Source: Mantamonas sphyraenae STR306 | Lineage: Eukaryota > Protista > CRuMs | Length of the DNA stretch: 64,000 bases | Direction of reading: 5' to 3' | NCBI GenBank assembly: GCA_026936335.1 | Contig: JAPMXV010000027.1 | Coordinates: 124,001-188,000 of the forward strand | Shown: positions 19,511 to 30,241 of the stretch, one piece after another | Layout of the letters: every line of letters begins with the position of its first letter | Numbering within the stretch: the first letter of the stretch is position 1 | Position numbers and translations under genes: made by a program | The notes under the pieces: generated by a model | What the model saw: only the letters and a program-made list of their open reading frames with translations | What the model was told of the DNA's origin: nothing | Database searches by the model: none

Positions 19511-21397
19511 TGCAATGCAGCCATCTGCGCATCGATCTCCTCCACCGCCTTTTTGGCCTTGTCCACCGCCTCTTGCACCGGAATCAGCTTCACACTCAGT
19601 CGATCCTTCAGAATCTTGTTGGGTGCCCGGTCCACCTCGCCCTGCACGCTCTGCAACCTCACACGTGCGTCCCGCAACGCGGTCTGCGCGGTCTCCCTCT
19701 GCTCCGCCAACGCTTTGTACTCCGCCGACTCTTCCACGCGTGAGCTCTTTGTCGCTTCTTCTGATGCCATTGTTGACGACGATGATGATGAAGACGAAGA
19801 GGACGAAGACGTGGTGGATTCAGCAGCTGTGTCGGAGGCCATCTGTTCCACCACCGCAGTCGGCACCTCTTCAGTGTCCATCGCATCATCGTCGTCGACC
19901 ACAGCCGTGTTGGATGCCCCGTCCTTGCTCTCCACGGAGCTTGTTGTGGCTGCGGTGGCCTCCTGCGTGGATTGCACTTGGCTGAGTTTGTCTGCTGTCG
20001 CTGTCGCTGCCGCCACCTCTGGCATTGCCATCGTCGACAAATCCTCCATATTGGCTGCAAGAGCCACTGCCTCTGCGATGGTGGCCTCGTCCAACTCCAT
20101 GCCGCTTGCATCTGCCGCCGGCGCAGCCACAGCCCGCGGTTCCTCCTTCTGCTGCCCACCCTGGGCTTCTTCCACTTCCATCCCACTACTGTTGTCTGCC
20201 CCTTTGCTCTCACTCTCCATGGCACCTTCCTGTCCCTCCTTCTTTTGTTTCTCCCGTTCCTCCTCCTCCGCATCTTCAAATTGACCTGTACTCGCACCAC
20301 CACCACCTCCACCACCTGCTGCTGCTGCTGCTGCTGCTGCTACTGCTGTTGTTGTTGACCTGTGCCGGGGGTACATCGTCCACGTCGTCCAAATCCAAAT
20401 CCAAATCCACACCTCCGCGGCCCTCCTGACGTTTCTTCTTGGCCATGGTCTTGCGAAAGGCGGCGCGATCCATCTCGGTTTCGTCCTTGAGTCGCTGCAA
20501 CCTCTCTGCCCCCTTTTCCCGCTCGTTCTTGAGTTTGTCCCTGGCTTGTTTACGCACCCAGCGTAGTTCCTTCTTGCGTTCCTTCATCAACCGGATCTCC
20601 TCCTCCATTTCCCGTTGCAGCTCCTCTGCATTCGGCACGTCCTCCTCGTACATCTCCACGCTCTCCTCCGTCCACAGCGCCTCCTCAAAGTACTCGATGG
20701 AGCTCATAAACACGTGGATGCGCTCGTTGATCCGTTTCATCTCCTCGGGACCCGGCAAACGCTCCATGCCCAGGCGTGCACGACGCTTTGCCACAACGTT
20801 GTACGTTGGCGGCGTCACACCGCTTGCCAAGCCGTACTTATATCCAATTGTCGGTGGCAGTGGTTCCTCCTTTGATTCCCGCACCACCAGCATCTGTCCA
20901 ATGTCCGCCAGCTTGTAGTACGACGACCGATCAAACGTCTTCCACGACTCGATGATCGTCGGTGTGTCCATCAGTGTGCAAGGGTAGTCTCGTCCCTGGA
21001 ATCGAAACACCCCGTTGCGGTTATCATCTGGGCGAGTGTGAATACGTGTGTGTGTGTGTGTGTGGGTGTGGGTGTCCACGTGCGGTTGGGTGAGTGAGAC
21101 AAGGTGCTGCTGCTGTGTGCGAGTGTCCCTCCCAGTTGCCTTTTCCGCCTCCGGAACGTGTCTCTGGTGTCCTCACGTGCAGACACGGGTGGCTCAACCC
21201 CTGCCCATAGCGCTGTGGTTCGGATTGTGCACACAATGTCACCTACCAGAGATTTCGTAGCTCATGTCCAGCTTCACCTGGTTCTTGGGCTTCTCCAGCG
21301 ACTCGTTCAGAATCTCTGCGATGGAGTGGGGCACGCGCAGGTACACATGCTCCTCAAACTTGGATTCCTCCTCTGTTTCGGGATTGTCAAAGTCCAT
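19507..21397 (-). CDS. TAF7: TFIID subunit 7
   Basis: Exon 1 21397-21247 (FEEHVYLRVP). Exon 2 from 21027 (LMDTPTIIESWKTFDRSSYYKLADIGQMLVV, SGVTPPTYNVVAKR = TAFII55_N). A one-base frameshift near 20367-20371 joins an acidic linker and a C-terminal coiled coil (NKILKDRL). Confidence 0.88.
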
Positions 21398-21653
21398 GTT
21401 GTGTTGTTTCCAGTGAGGGTTTCCGCTGCGCCGAACCGGGCAACACCACACCATACACACACATGTTTTCCCGTCTGCGAAGCAGGGTAAAGCCAGTCTC
21501 ATCGGCAATTGGTGGGTGCGTTGTGGTGGGCGAGGGCAGAACACATACCCTGTTGCCCGTGGCAGGAAGGTCACTGAGCATGCGGGGATCTCAGGCGACG
21601 ACACCTGGGCGTGTGGTGACACGCTTGTTCTCTCTGCCGTACACAGAACCACC

Positions 21654-22178
21654 ATGGCTGCTGGGGCATCGTCTGCGCGCTCGTCAGTCGCCATGGCTCG
21701 TCAGCGGAAGCTGCTGGGTGGTTTTGGAGCGGCGACGGGCCTGGGGGTCGCCGTCCTGATGCTCATGAATGCGTTTGAGGACAACCTCATGTTTTATATG
21801 ACACCCACTCAGTTGAAGGAGAAGGATCCGCCACTGAAGGCGGGGACCAAGGTGCGTCTGGGGGGATTGGTCGTGGAGGGGTCGGTGAAGCAGGGCTCCG
21901 GAGAGAACACACCAGACGGGGAGCAACAGGACAACGCCATCACCTTTCAGGTCACCGATCTCAACAACTCTGTGGCAGTCTCCTTTGTGGGCATCCTGCC
22001 CGACCTGTTCCGCGAAGGCCAAAGTGTGGTGGTGGAAGGAAAACTCAACGACGCCGGCGTCTTTGTGGCCAGCGAGGTGCTTGCCAAACACGACGAAAAC
22101 TACATGCCGGCGGACATCAAAGAACAGGTGATGGCCAACCGCAAAGAGGGAGAGCCAGTGGGACAACATCCGGGATGA
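21654..22178 (+). CDS. ccmE: Cytochrome c maturation heme chaperone CcmE (System I), nucleus-encoded
   Basis: TM anchor, NLMFYMTP, VRLGGLVVEGSV, GILPDLFREGQSVVVEG and the heme-binding LAKHDENYMP. A possible upstream targeting exon starts at 21463 (MFSRLRSR|GTAAAG). Confidence 0.95.
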   Translation: MAAGASSARSSVAMARQRKLLGGFGAATGLGVAVLMLMNAFEDNLMFYMTPTQLKEKDPPLKAGTKVRLGGLVVEGSVKQGSGENTPDGEQQDNAITFQVTDLNNSVAVSFVGILPDLFREGQSVVVEGKLNDAGVFVASEVLAKHDENYMPADIKEQVMANRKEGEPVGQHPG

Positions 22179-22267
22179 GGAGGAGATGTTTGGAGGGGGA
22201 GAGAGCCGTGGGCAGGCGGCTGCGGCAGCGCTGCAAAGAAAACCCCATCCCCAACACGACCCCCGCA

Positions 22268-23911
22268 ATGATCAAAACCACGACACTTGCCACGACAGCA
22301 GTGGTGTTGATGTGCTGTGTGATGGTGTGCCAGGGCATGCTGCCGCACGGTGGCGGACGCACGGCGACCAAGGCGCAGGTGAATGCCAAGGTGCCTACGC
22401 CACGCATCATCACGTACAACCAGACGCTGGACCACAGCAACCCGTCACTGAACAAGTTCTTTGCACAGCGTGTGCTGGTGCACGACGAATGGTGCCAGAG
22501 CGAGGATTGCCCCGTGTTCTTCTACACGGGCAACGAAGGCGACATCACCATGTTCTGGGAGAACACGGGCTTCATGTTTGACATTGCCCCCAAGTTTGGC
22601 GCCATGGTGCTCTTTATCGAACATCGCTACTACGGCAAGAGCCTGCCGTTTGGCAACAGGAGCTTCGAGGCCGGCAACGTCCAGTATCTCAGCACCGAGC
22701 AGGCGCTGGAGGACTACGCCGCCATCCTGGCCTTTTTCAAGAACCACCACAACGTCACCGGCCCCGTCGTCGCCTTTGGCGGCTCCTACGGTGGCATGCT
22801 CAGCGCCTGGATGCGCCTGGTACGTTTTCCCGCAGCCCTTCCCTGCCACAGGCGGCCTTTTCTCAGGCAAACGCAACCGTCGTCGGCTGGAAAATACACG
22901 CCAGACACCTTTTCCGTCTGAAAACCACCCTGACACCTCTCGCCAACCACGACACACAACACAACCCGTGGGGGCGCGGACACACGACAGAAATTCCCGC
23001 AGTCGATTGTGGGAGCCATTGCTGCGTCTGCGCCAATCTGGGCGTTCCCGGGCCTGTGTGACCCGGAGGAGTTCAACTCGATCATCACTGCGGATTATGT
23101 GTCGCCGTGCAGCGAACGCATCCGGGACGGGTTCAAGCTGATTGCGGAGCTGAGTGAGCACAGCGCAGGTCGCAGCACGCTGACGCAGGCATTCCGCACA
23201 TGCAATGCCCTGCAGACGCAGGCGGACGTGGATGCACTTGTGGGAGTGCTCAACACGGCGTTCACGTACATGGCCATGACGGACTATCCCTACCCCAGCA
23301 ACTTCCTGCAACCCATGCCAGGATGGCCGGTCAAGGTGGCATGCTCGCGTGTGACGAGTGATCCGAACCCGGAGCAGCCGGAACCGTTCCTGAGGCAGAT
23401 CCTGGAGGCGGCCAACGTGTATTACAACTACACGGGCGAAATGCCCTGCCTGAACACTTCGGCCGACATCTCGGGTGGTCTGGGTGATGCTGCCTGGGAC
23501 TACCAGAGCTGCACGGAGATGGTGCTGCCCATCAGCTCCGACGGCGTGCACGACATGTTCCCGCCGGCCAAGTGGGACTTTGATGCGTTTGCCGCTCAGT
23601 GTGAAAAGAGCTGGGGTGTCAAACCCAACCCCAAGTGGGTCTACGAGTATGTGGGAGGCAAGAACATCGAGTACGGCTCCAACATTGTGTTTTCCAACGG
23701 CCAGCTGGACCCGTGGCGTTACGGCGGCGTCAACCACAACCTGTCCGACTCGCTCATTGCCGTGTACATTGAGCAGGGTGCCCACCATCTCGATCTGCGC
23801 TCCTCCAACCCGGCCGACCCGCAGTCTGTCATTGCCGCTCGTCAGGTGCATCAGGACAACATCCACAAGTGGATCGCCCAGTGGCAGAGTGAGCGTGCCG
23901 CACAGCAATGA
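22268..23911 (+). CDS. Lysosomal Pro-X carboxypeptidase / DPP7 family (peptidase S28)
   Basis: Signal peptide, FFYTGNEGDI, EHRYYGKS, EQALEDYA, GGSYGGML (Ser), LDPW (Asp) and AHHLDL (His). Intron 22820-22990. Confidence 0.95.
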
Positions 23912-23979
23912 AACCGGAATGGACGTTCCCCCCCCCCCCAAAACACACACACACACACACACATTAGCTTGGATGATTC

Positions 23980-25407
23980 ATGTTGCGCCAGGCAACACAA
24001 CGCATGTGGTTGAAAACTGTGGCTGTGCTCGTGCTGGCCTTGCTCCTGGTCCCGTGGATGCAACCAGGCGATGATGACCAGGCCCATGGCTCGTCGCATC
24101 GCTACCGAGTGGTGAAGCGTCTCAGCAAAATCCGATGGAAGGCAAACCGTCCGTTTGCGTCGGCGGTGATCGGCAGGGCGGAACCCGTCGTGCTCACTGA
24201 GTCAAGCGCTCTCTTCTGGCCAGCCATGCGGCTATGGAAACTACCCGAGTTGGCACGAACACACGCAAGTGTGTCGTTGAAGCAAGTGCGCGTTCAAAAC
24301 GGCAGCGACGGCGTATTTGTTCTTGCCTCGCCTCGTGTCTTTCTGCCACGTGACACGCAGAAGCCGGCCAGCTGGACAAACGGCCACCGGCTGGCAGACA
24401 TGTCTCTTGGCGAGCTGTTTGGCCGCCACACCGACACCCATGGCCAGACCTACGAGTACGCCTACTTCAGTGGCCCCGTGTCCGATGTGCTTCCGCCGGA
24501 AGAGGTGGCGCCGCTGCTTCATTTCCGAGCACCCGACGGCCTCGCCGCCGCCGACACGCAGCAGAGGGAACACATTGGCACGGGTGTCAACGTGTGGATG
24601 GCCACACGCGGTGTCACTGCACACATGCACTACGACGTGTCCCACAACTTTGTGGTGCAGCTTCACGGCGCACGCACGTGGCTGCTCCTCCCTCCAAACG
24701 CCACCGAACTCTCCTACTCCTACCCATTCACACACCCTCGCTCCAGACAGAGCCAACTCCTGTTTCCCGTCGATCAGCGTGGCAACGGGCGCGTGCAACC
24801 CGTGGATAGGGCGCTGCGTGCCAGTCAATTCACCCAAGCTGCTGGCTTGGCTGCCTACGAGGTCACCCTGCGTCGTGGCGACGTCCTCTACGTGCCCCCG
24901 TGTTGGTCACACACAGTCAAGGCGGAAGAGGACTCTGTGGGCGTGTCTGTGCTCAGTCCTTCCGATCCCGAATACCTGTTTGGCATGGCTCGACACACCC
25001 CACTGCTCGGCTTGTCCAACGAATGGCCTCTGCGCGACAGGGCCTTGGCTGTGCGCAAGCTCATCCACATTCTCGTCGACAAGGCCGAGTGGATTGCCAT
25101 GCCCACCTCTGTGTGGCTGGATCGCATGTATCACCTGCGCTTTGAACACCTGGCCACCGAGTATGCCAACCTGGCTGCCCTCGACACGCAGGACTGTTGG
25201 TCCATGGGGCGTGATCAGGAACCGCGATTCAAACAGACTCTGGTGGACAAGCTGCACACAACTGCACACGACGTCCTGGCCAATCTTGGCCACGACAAGA
25301 TGCCTCTGGCCCTACGCAACCTCTTTCTCATGGACTACATCGAACACATTGCCGCCTGGGCGGTGGGTGCGCATTCACTGGGTGATTTTGTAAAGCAGTG
25401 TTTGTAA
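23980..25407 (+). CDS. JmjC/cupin-like 2-oxoglutarate-Fe(II) oxygenase with N-terminal signal/anchor
   Basis: NVWMA..TAHMHYDVSHNFVVQLHG (HxD) and VTLRRGDVLYVPPCWSHTV (distal His). Hydrophobic N-terminus. Confidence 0.88.
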   Translation: MLRQATQRMWLKTVAVLVLALLLVPWMQPGDDDQAHGSSHRYRVVKRLSKIRWKANRPFASAVIGRAEPVVLTESSALFWPAMRLWKLPELARTHASVSLKQVRVQNGSDGVFVLASPRVFLPRDTQKPASWTNGHRLADMSLGELFGRHTDTHGQTYEYAYFSGPVSDVLPPEEVAPLLHFRAPDGLAAADTQQREHIGTGVNVWMATRGVTAHMHYDVSHNFVVQLHGARTWLLLPPNATELSYSYPFTHPRSRQSQLLFPVDQRGNGRVQPVDRALRASQFTQAAGLAAYEVTLRRGDVLYVPPCWSHTVKAEEDSVGVSVLSPSDPEYLFGMARHTPLLGLSNEWPLRDRALAVRKLIHILVDKAEWIAMPTSVWLDRMYHLRFEHLATEYANLAALDTQDCWSMGRDQEPRFKQTLVDKLHTTAHDVLANLGHDKMPLALRNLFLMDYIEHIAAWAVGAHSLGDFVKQCL

Positions 25408-25421
25408 TCCAGTCATGCCCC

Positions 25422-25500
25422 TTACAGCATCGGCTGCCGACTTCCAAGGCGTAGCTTTGTCCTTGACAACGATGAGGAGGATGGTTGGCTCCCTCTCACT

Positions 25501-25537
<37 letters not shown>

Positions 25538-27438
25538 CTGTGTCCACTCGTTCCAGGCCCCAGTAGCCTTTGCGAAGCGTCTTGCGCTTTTTGTCCAGTG
25601 TGGCGACGGTGATCTTGCTGGAGCCGTCGTTCAGCTCCAATTCCACATCGTCATTGTCGTCGTACTCGTTGATGTCGTCGTGACCAGACTCGGTCACTCG
25701 TGCGTATCGCTTCATTTTCGCCTCGGCGGCGGAGATGGAGGAGGAATCGGTGAGGGAGCGAATGGTGGGCAAGCGGAAGAGGGGTGTGTCGTCGTCGTTG
25801 CCATCGGTCTTGACACCAAGCTTTTCGGCCATGCCCAGGCGACTGGTGATCACCAAATCGGCCTCGGAGAGTTTGTACAAGTCGTGTGTGGAGGAAATGC
25901 CGTGGAGCTGGCGCAGTTCCTGCTGTTGTTCGCTGTTGCTTCGCAGATCGAGTCCCACGGCCTGATCGATGTAGTCGCTCCACGACGGAGCATGGTTCTG
26001 TTCGTTGCAGTAGTTGCACGCGTACACATCGTTGCCATCCTCGTAAAAGAGTGTCTTCTGGCAACTGTGACATACCATGGAAAGCAGCCTCGGCACGCGG
26101 GTGTCGTTCACACTGTTGCACTGCGGACACTGCACCTGGTCATGGGAGTGATGGAACCGCATCACATGTTTGCACTTGAAGCAGGTTGCGGTGACGCATA
26201 CCTGCTCCTGCACGGTGTCTGGCAGCGAGGAAATGGGCAGAAATACCTGCACGGGGATATCCAGCGTCAGGGTGGGCAATCCCGGCACTTGGATCTGGAA
26301 GTAGTACGAAATCGACACGGCGGACAATGCCACTGTTGTCGACGGGATCAGATTGTCCGGCATGCGAAAGTGGTAGACAGTGGCATTGAAAGACCGGGGC
26401 TCCAGCTTGCACCCAGGCAGGATGGCAAAGGCCACCAGTGATCGTTCGTTCACGTGCACCTCATTGTTGACGGACACCAAAGCCTCTTCGTCCAACACGA
26501 CTTCGGGAGACAACGGGGAGGAGGAGGAGGAGGAGGAGGACGACGACGACGATGACTTGCTGCTTCCACCGGCACCCTCCACCAGATCCTTTCGCGACTG
26601 CGACGCCTCCTCTGTGAGCACCAGAGTGTGTTGGATGAGCGAGAGGCAGACGTACGGATAGACGCCTTTCTTGGCCTTGTGTTGCGAGGTGATGGTGAAA
26701 AACACATCCTGACCGAGAAAGTACTTGTCGGCGCTGAAGGAGGCGGTGAGGGAGATGGGCGATGGTAGGAGGGCACCCACTCGATGGGTGGCTGTGGCCT
26801 GCATGGGCGAAGCTGGTGGGCACCTCCTTGGCCTTGGTGAGGACCGCACAGTAGACGGGCAAAGAGACGTTGTCGGAACACAACTCATCGTCTTCGTTGT
26901 CCACAAACCCTTCGACTGTGGCCAACAGACTGTACCACACGCTTGCTTCACACTGCTTGCCCACCCGCTCGCCAGTAAACTCGTTGTCAACGTAGACGCG
27001 TTTGCGCACGCTTCGGTCGGTCTTGCGGGACGACGACGAGCCAGAGTCCATGCCACGTGCGTTCTCCATGCGAGGCGTGGTTTCTGTGACCACATTCAGG
27101 GAAGTGGGCAGCTCTTCGGGCAGCGTGAAGCTGACGCGGAACTCGCTGATGCCCTGGGGCAACTCTACCGCAGCTGCAGCGTCCGCAGCCTGCTCCCCGG
27201 CCACTTGGATGGTATGTTCCAGCAACACATGATTGCTACTAATGTCCTGGTCGACAAACACCTGTTCACGTGCCACCACGTGCAGCAAGACCGCGCGTGC
27301 AACCATGGCTCGTTCCAGACGCACCTGTACCACTGCCTGCACGGTCTCTCCCGAACAATAGCCCTCGTGCTGCCGCTCCACACTCAACACACACCTGTCC
27401 CGCTCCGACAGGGCACTCTGGACGTTCTGAAACTCCAT
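25422..27438 (-). CDS. Arrestin-fold protein with two LSD1-type C4 zinc fingers
   Basis: Arrestin_N motifs (YCSGETVQAVV, LPQGISEFRVSFTLPEELPTS, ASVWYSLLA). A +1 shift at about 26818-26820 leads into an Arrestin_C-like region (SADKYFLGQ, LIPSTT, ISYYFQI), then CFKC-x14-CPQC and CHSC-x14-CNYC. Confidence 0.8.
25503..25535. repeat. (CTG)n trinucleotide tract in coding sequence
   Basis: Direct reading. Similar tracts at about 18158-18187 and 20316-20341. Confidence 0.9.
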
Positions 27439-27638
27439 GCGGAGGTGCAAATTGGGTGTTTGGTTTGGCGCACAGGCGTTTTCATTCGTTCAGCATGAGC
27501 TGCGCTGCCGTTGCGAGCATTTTGCAAAGGAGCATCACGCAGTCAGCTTGGCTTGCTGTGGTTGCTATGGGTTTGGAATTGTGTGTGTGTGTGTGTGTGT
27601 GTGGTGTTTGGAAGGCGGTGCACGCTTCGATCTACGAT

Positions 27639-28605
27639 CTACGACGAAGCCTCCTCGACCGGCTTGAACATGCGGCGCACCACCAGAGCCACAATCACAA
27701 GGACAATGGGGATGAGGATGGCCACAATGTTGGAGCTGCCTCCCTTGGGCACCTTGGGCATGTTGCGCTCGTCCGGGCGGATGATTTCGTCCTGTAGTCC
27801 GCGTGTGTGTGTGCATGTATGTGTGCAGTGTGTGCAGTGAGTGCAGTGTGTGTGTCTTGTGTGTCAGTCTCTTCATGCACAGTCTCACCCTTCCCGTGTC
27901 CCCGTGTTCGCCTTGATCGCTCCCGTTTGCTCCTTGGCACAGAAGCGCTCCCAACGTACGCCTTCCCAGTCACCAATGTACAGCGACTCCAGCTGGCTCT
28001 CTGCCGTCTTGGAGTGGCCGGCATCTTTGAATGCCTCTGTGGCGTCGTTGCCTGTGTGTGGGAACAGAGTCGGAGCGTGTGTGTTGTGACAGGTGTGAGT
28101 GTGTGCCTTTCGGCGGTTCACGCAAGCTCGCTTTCGGCATGCGCGCCTCGACGGACATCTCTCTGTGCCTCCTCTCCACCTACCTGCATACTCCATGATG
28201 TTCTCCACTCCTCCCGGGTGGTACTCTGCACATCATTCGTCATCGTCATCATCATCATCATTACAATGACCGGCGTGCGTGTGTGTGTGCGTGTGCGTGT
28301 GCGTGTTCGTTCCTCTTGGGTCAGCTCGTCATCATCCACGTGGCGCGCCCACCCGCCCTGCCCTGCCTTCCCCCGTACTGTCCCCCGCCCGTCACCAAAA
28401 CTCACCATACCAGTCGGTGAGGTCGTACACCTTGTTGTTGACCACCAGCCACACGTCCTCCTCTGTGCAGTGCTTTCCAATCTCTTTGCCGCTGTACTTG
28501 GTTACCGCTCGCTTCGTTTCTTCCTTGGCTTGCTCTGTGTGCGTCGCTGGTGTCAACCCCTTCCCTCTCGTGAACTCCGTTCATCCACACTCTCCCTTTG
28601 CTTGT

Positions 28606-28645
<40 letters not shown>

Positions 28646-28663
28646 ATACTCACTCGTGGACAT
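27639..28663 (-). CDS. Cytochrome b5, tail-anchored (5 exons)
   Basis: Exons 28663-28654, 28534-28406, 28225-28184, 28051-27960 and 27791-27639 give KHCTEEDVWLVVNNKVYDLTDWYEYHPGGVENIMEYAGNDATEAFKDAGHS plus a C-terminal TM. Confidence 0.93.
28606..28642. repeat. (GT)n microsatellite in cytochrome b5 intron 1
   Basis: Direct reading. Similar tracts at about 21045-21063, 23944-23963 and 27580-27602. Confidence 0.9.
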
Positions 28664-28720
28664 TTCTCACTTGCTGCGTCCGCCTGCGCTGCGCGTCCCG
28701 GCCCACCGAAACCACAGAAA
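28664..28720. promoter_or_regulatory. Putative 57-bp bidirectional promoter between cytochrome b5 and cytochrome c1
   Basis: Divergent ATGs at 28663 (-) and 28721 (+). Confidence 0.55.
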
Positions 28721-30064
28721 ATGTTCTCTCGTGCGGTCAAGACAACGTCATCGACAGGCAGTGCTCTGGTGGGCCTGGGAGTGGGCCTTGCAGCAGCCTC
28801 GGGCCTGGCCTCGCTCAGCAACCAGGAGCAGGTCGTGTACGCCAGCGATGCCCTGCATGCCACCGAGTACCCGTGGAGCCACGAAGGCTTCTTCAGCGCC
28901 TTCGATACCGCCAGGTGCGTGCCATCCACATCTCCAAACCCCCCTGCCACACTGCACACACCTCTTGTCTTCCGCACAATGGCCTCTACTTGCTGTGCCT
29001 TGTGCCCATCCCTGCCCTCCGCGCACGGCCCGCCGCCTCCGACATCCCGCCAGTTTTCCCCTCTGCTGACCAGCTCCGTCGCGTTCTTTTCCCGTTCGAA
29101 ACGCACCATACACACGCAGCATCCGCCGTGGCCACCAGGTGTACGCAGAGATCTGTTCGTCTTGCCACGGCATCGAGCGCATTGCTCTGCGCAACCTCGT
29201 CGGTGTCGCGTACACCGAGGATGAGGTCAAGGCCATCGCCGAGGAGATGGAGGGTACGCTTCCGTCGTTTTTTCCATGCGCCCGTTTGTCCCCCGCCCAT
29301 CCCTTGCTCCCGTCTCCCCACACCACTCCACCCTCCTCGTCTCACACCCAGACACCTCCACCGCACATTGACCCTTCCCGCTCCCACAGTCGAGGACGGT
29401 CCCGACTCTACGGGCCAGATGTTTGATCGCCCGGGCAAGCTCAGCGATTACATCAAGAGCCCCTACAAGAACGAGGAAGAAGCTCGGTACGTTTCCACTG
29501 CCACTGCACCCTGCACACAATTCCCCTCTTGTTCCACTTGTTCCTCCATGCTCAATCCCATCCTCTGCCCTCCTTTGTGTGCTGACGCAAACATGCCCAC
29601 GCGCATCCCTCCACGTCGCGCCCCAATGGACCCCGCTTTCCGCACACAGCGACCAGAACAACGGCGCCTACCCGCACGATCTGTCGCTGATTGTAAAGTC
29701 GCGCCCTGGTGGAGCCAACTACCTGTTTGCCCTCCTCACCGGGTACAAGGACCCGCCTGCCGGAGTCACGGTCCGTGAGGGTCTCCATTACAACCCGTAC
29801 TTCCCTGGTGGAGCCATTGCTATGCCTCAGCAGATTCTCGACGACGCCGTCGAGTATGAGGATGGCACTCCCGCCACTGCCTCCCAGATTGCAAAGGACG
29901 TCACCACCTTCCTCGCCTGGTGTGCCGAGCCCGAGTCCGACGAGCGCAAGAAGACAGGCATCAAGACCGTGGTTCTTCTTACCCTCGCTATCGGCACCTC
30001 GTGGTGGTTCAAGAAGCTGTACTGGGGCGACATCCTCACACGCCAAATCAAGTTCCGCGGCTGA
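28721..30064 (+). CDS. CYC1: Mitochondrial cytochrome c1 (complex III), 4 exons
   Basis: Exons 28721-28914, 29120-29253, 29390-29486 and 29650-30064. Presequence, [22 protein letters not shown] (CxxCH), [20 protein letters not shown] and a C-terminal TM. Confidence 0.97.
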
Positions 30065-30241
30065 GCTGAGCACACGAATGCTGCTGTCCCGTATGCCAAA
30101 ATCAACATCATCATTTGCGTTGTTTCTTCCTCTCTCCTCACATCTCCCTGTTCCTTGCTCGTTCTCTGCGTCCTCGTCCATGCGCTCGCGCTCTTTTCAC
30201 CCTTCCCCAGCCAACAAATTCAAAACACCCAAATTCCAAGC

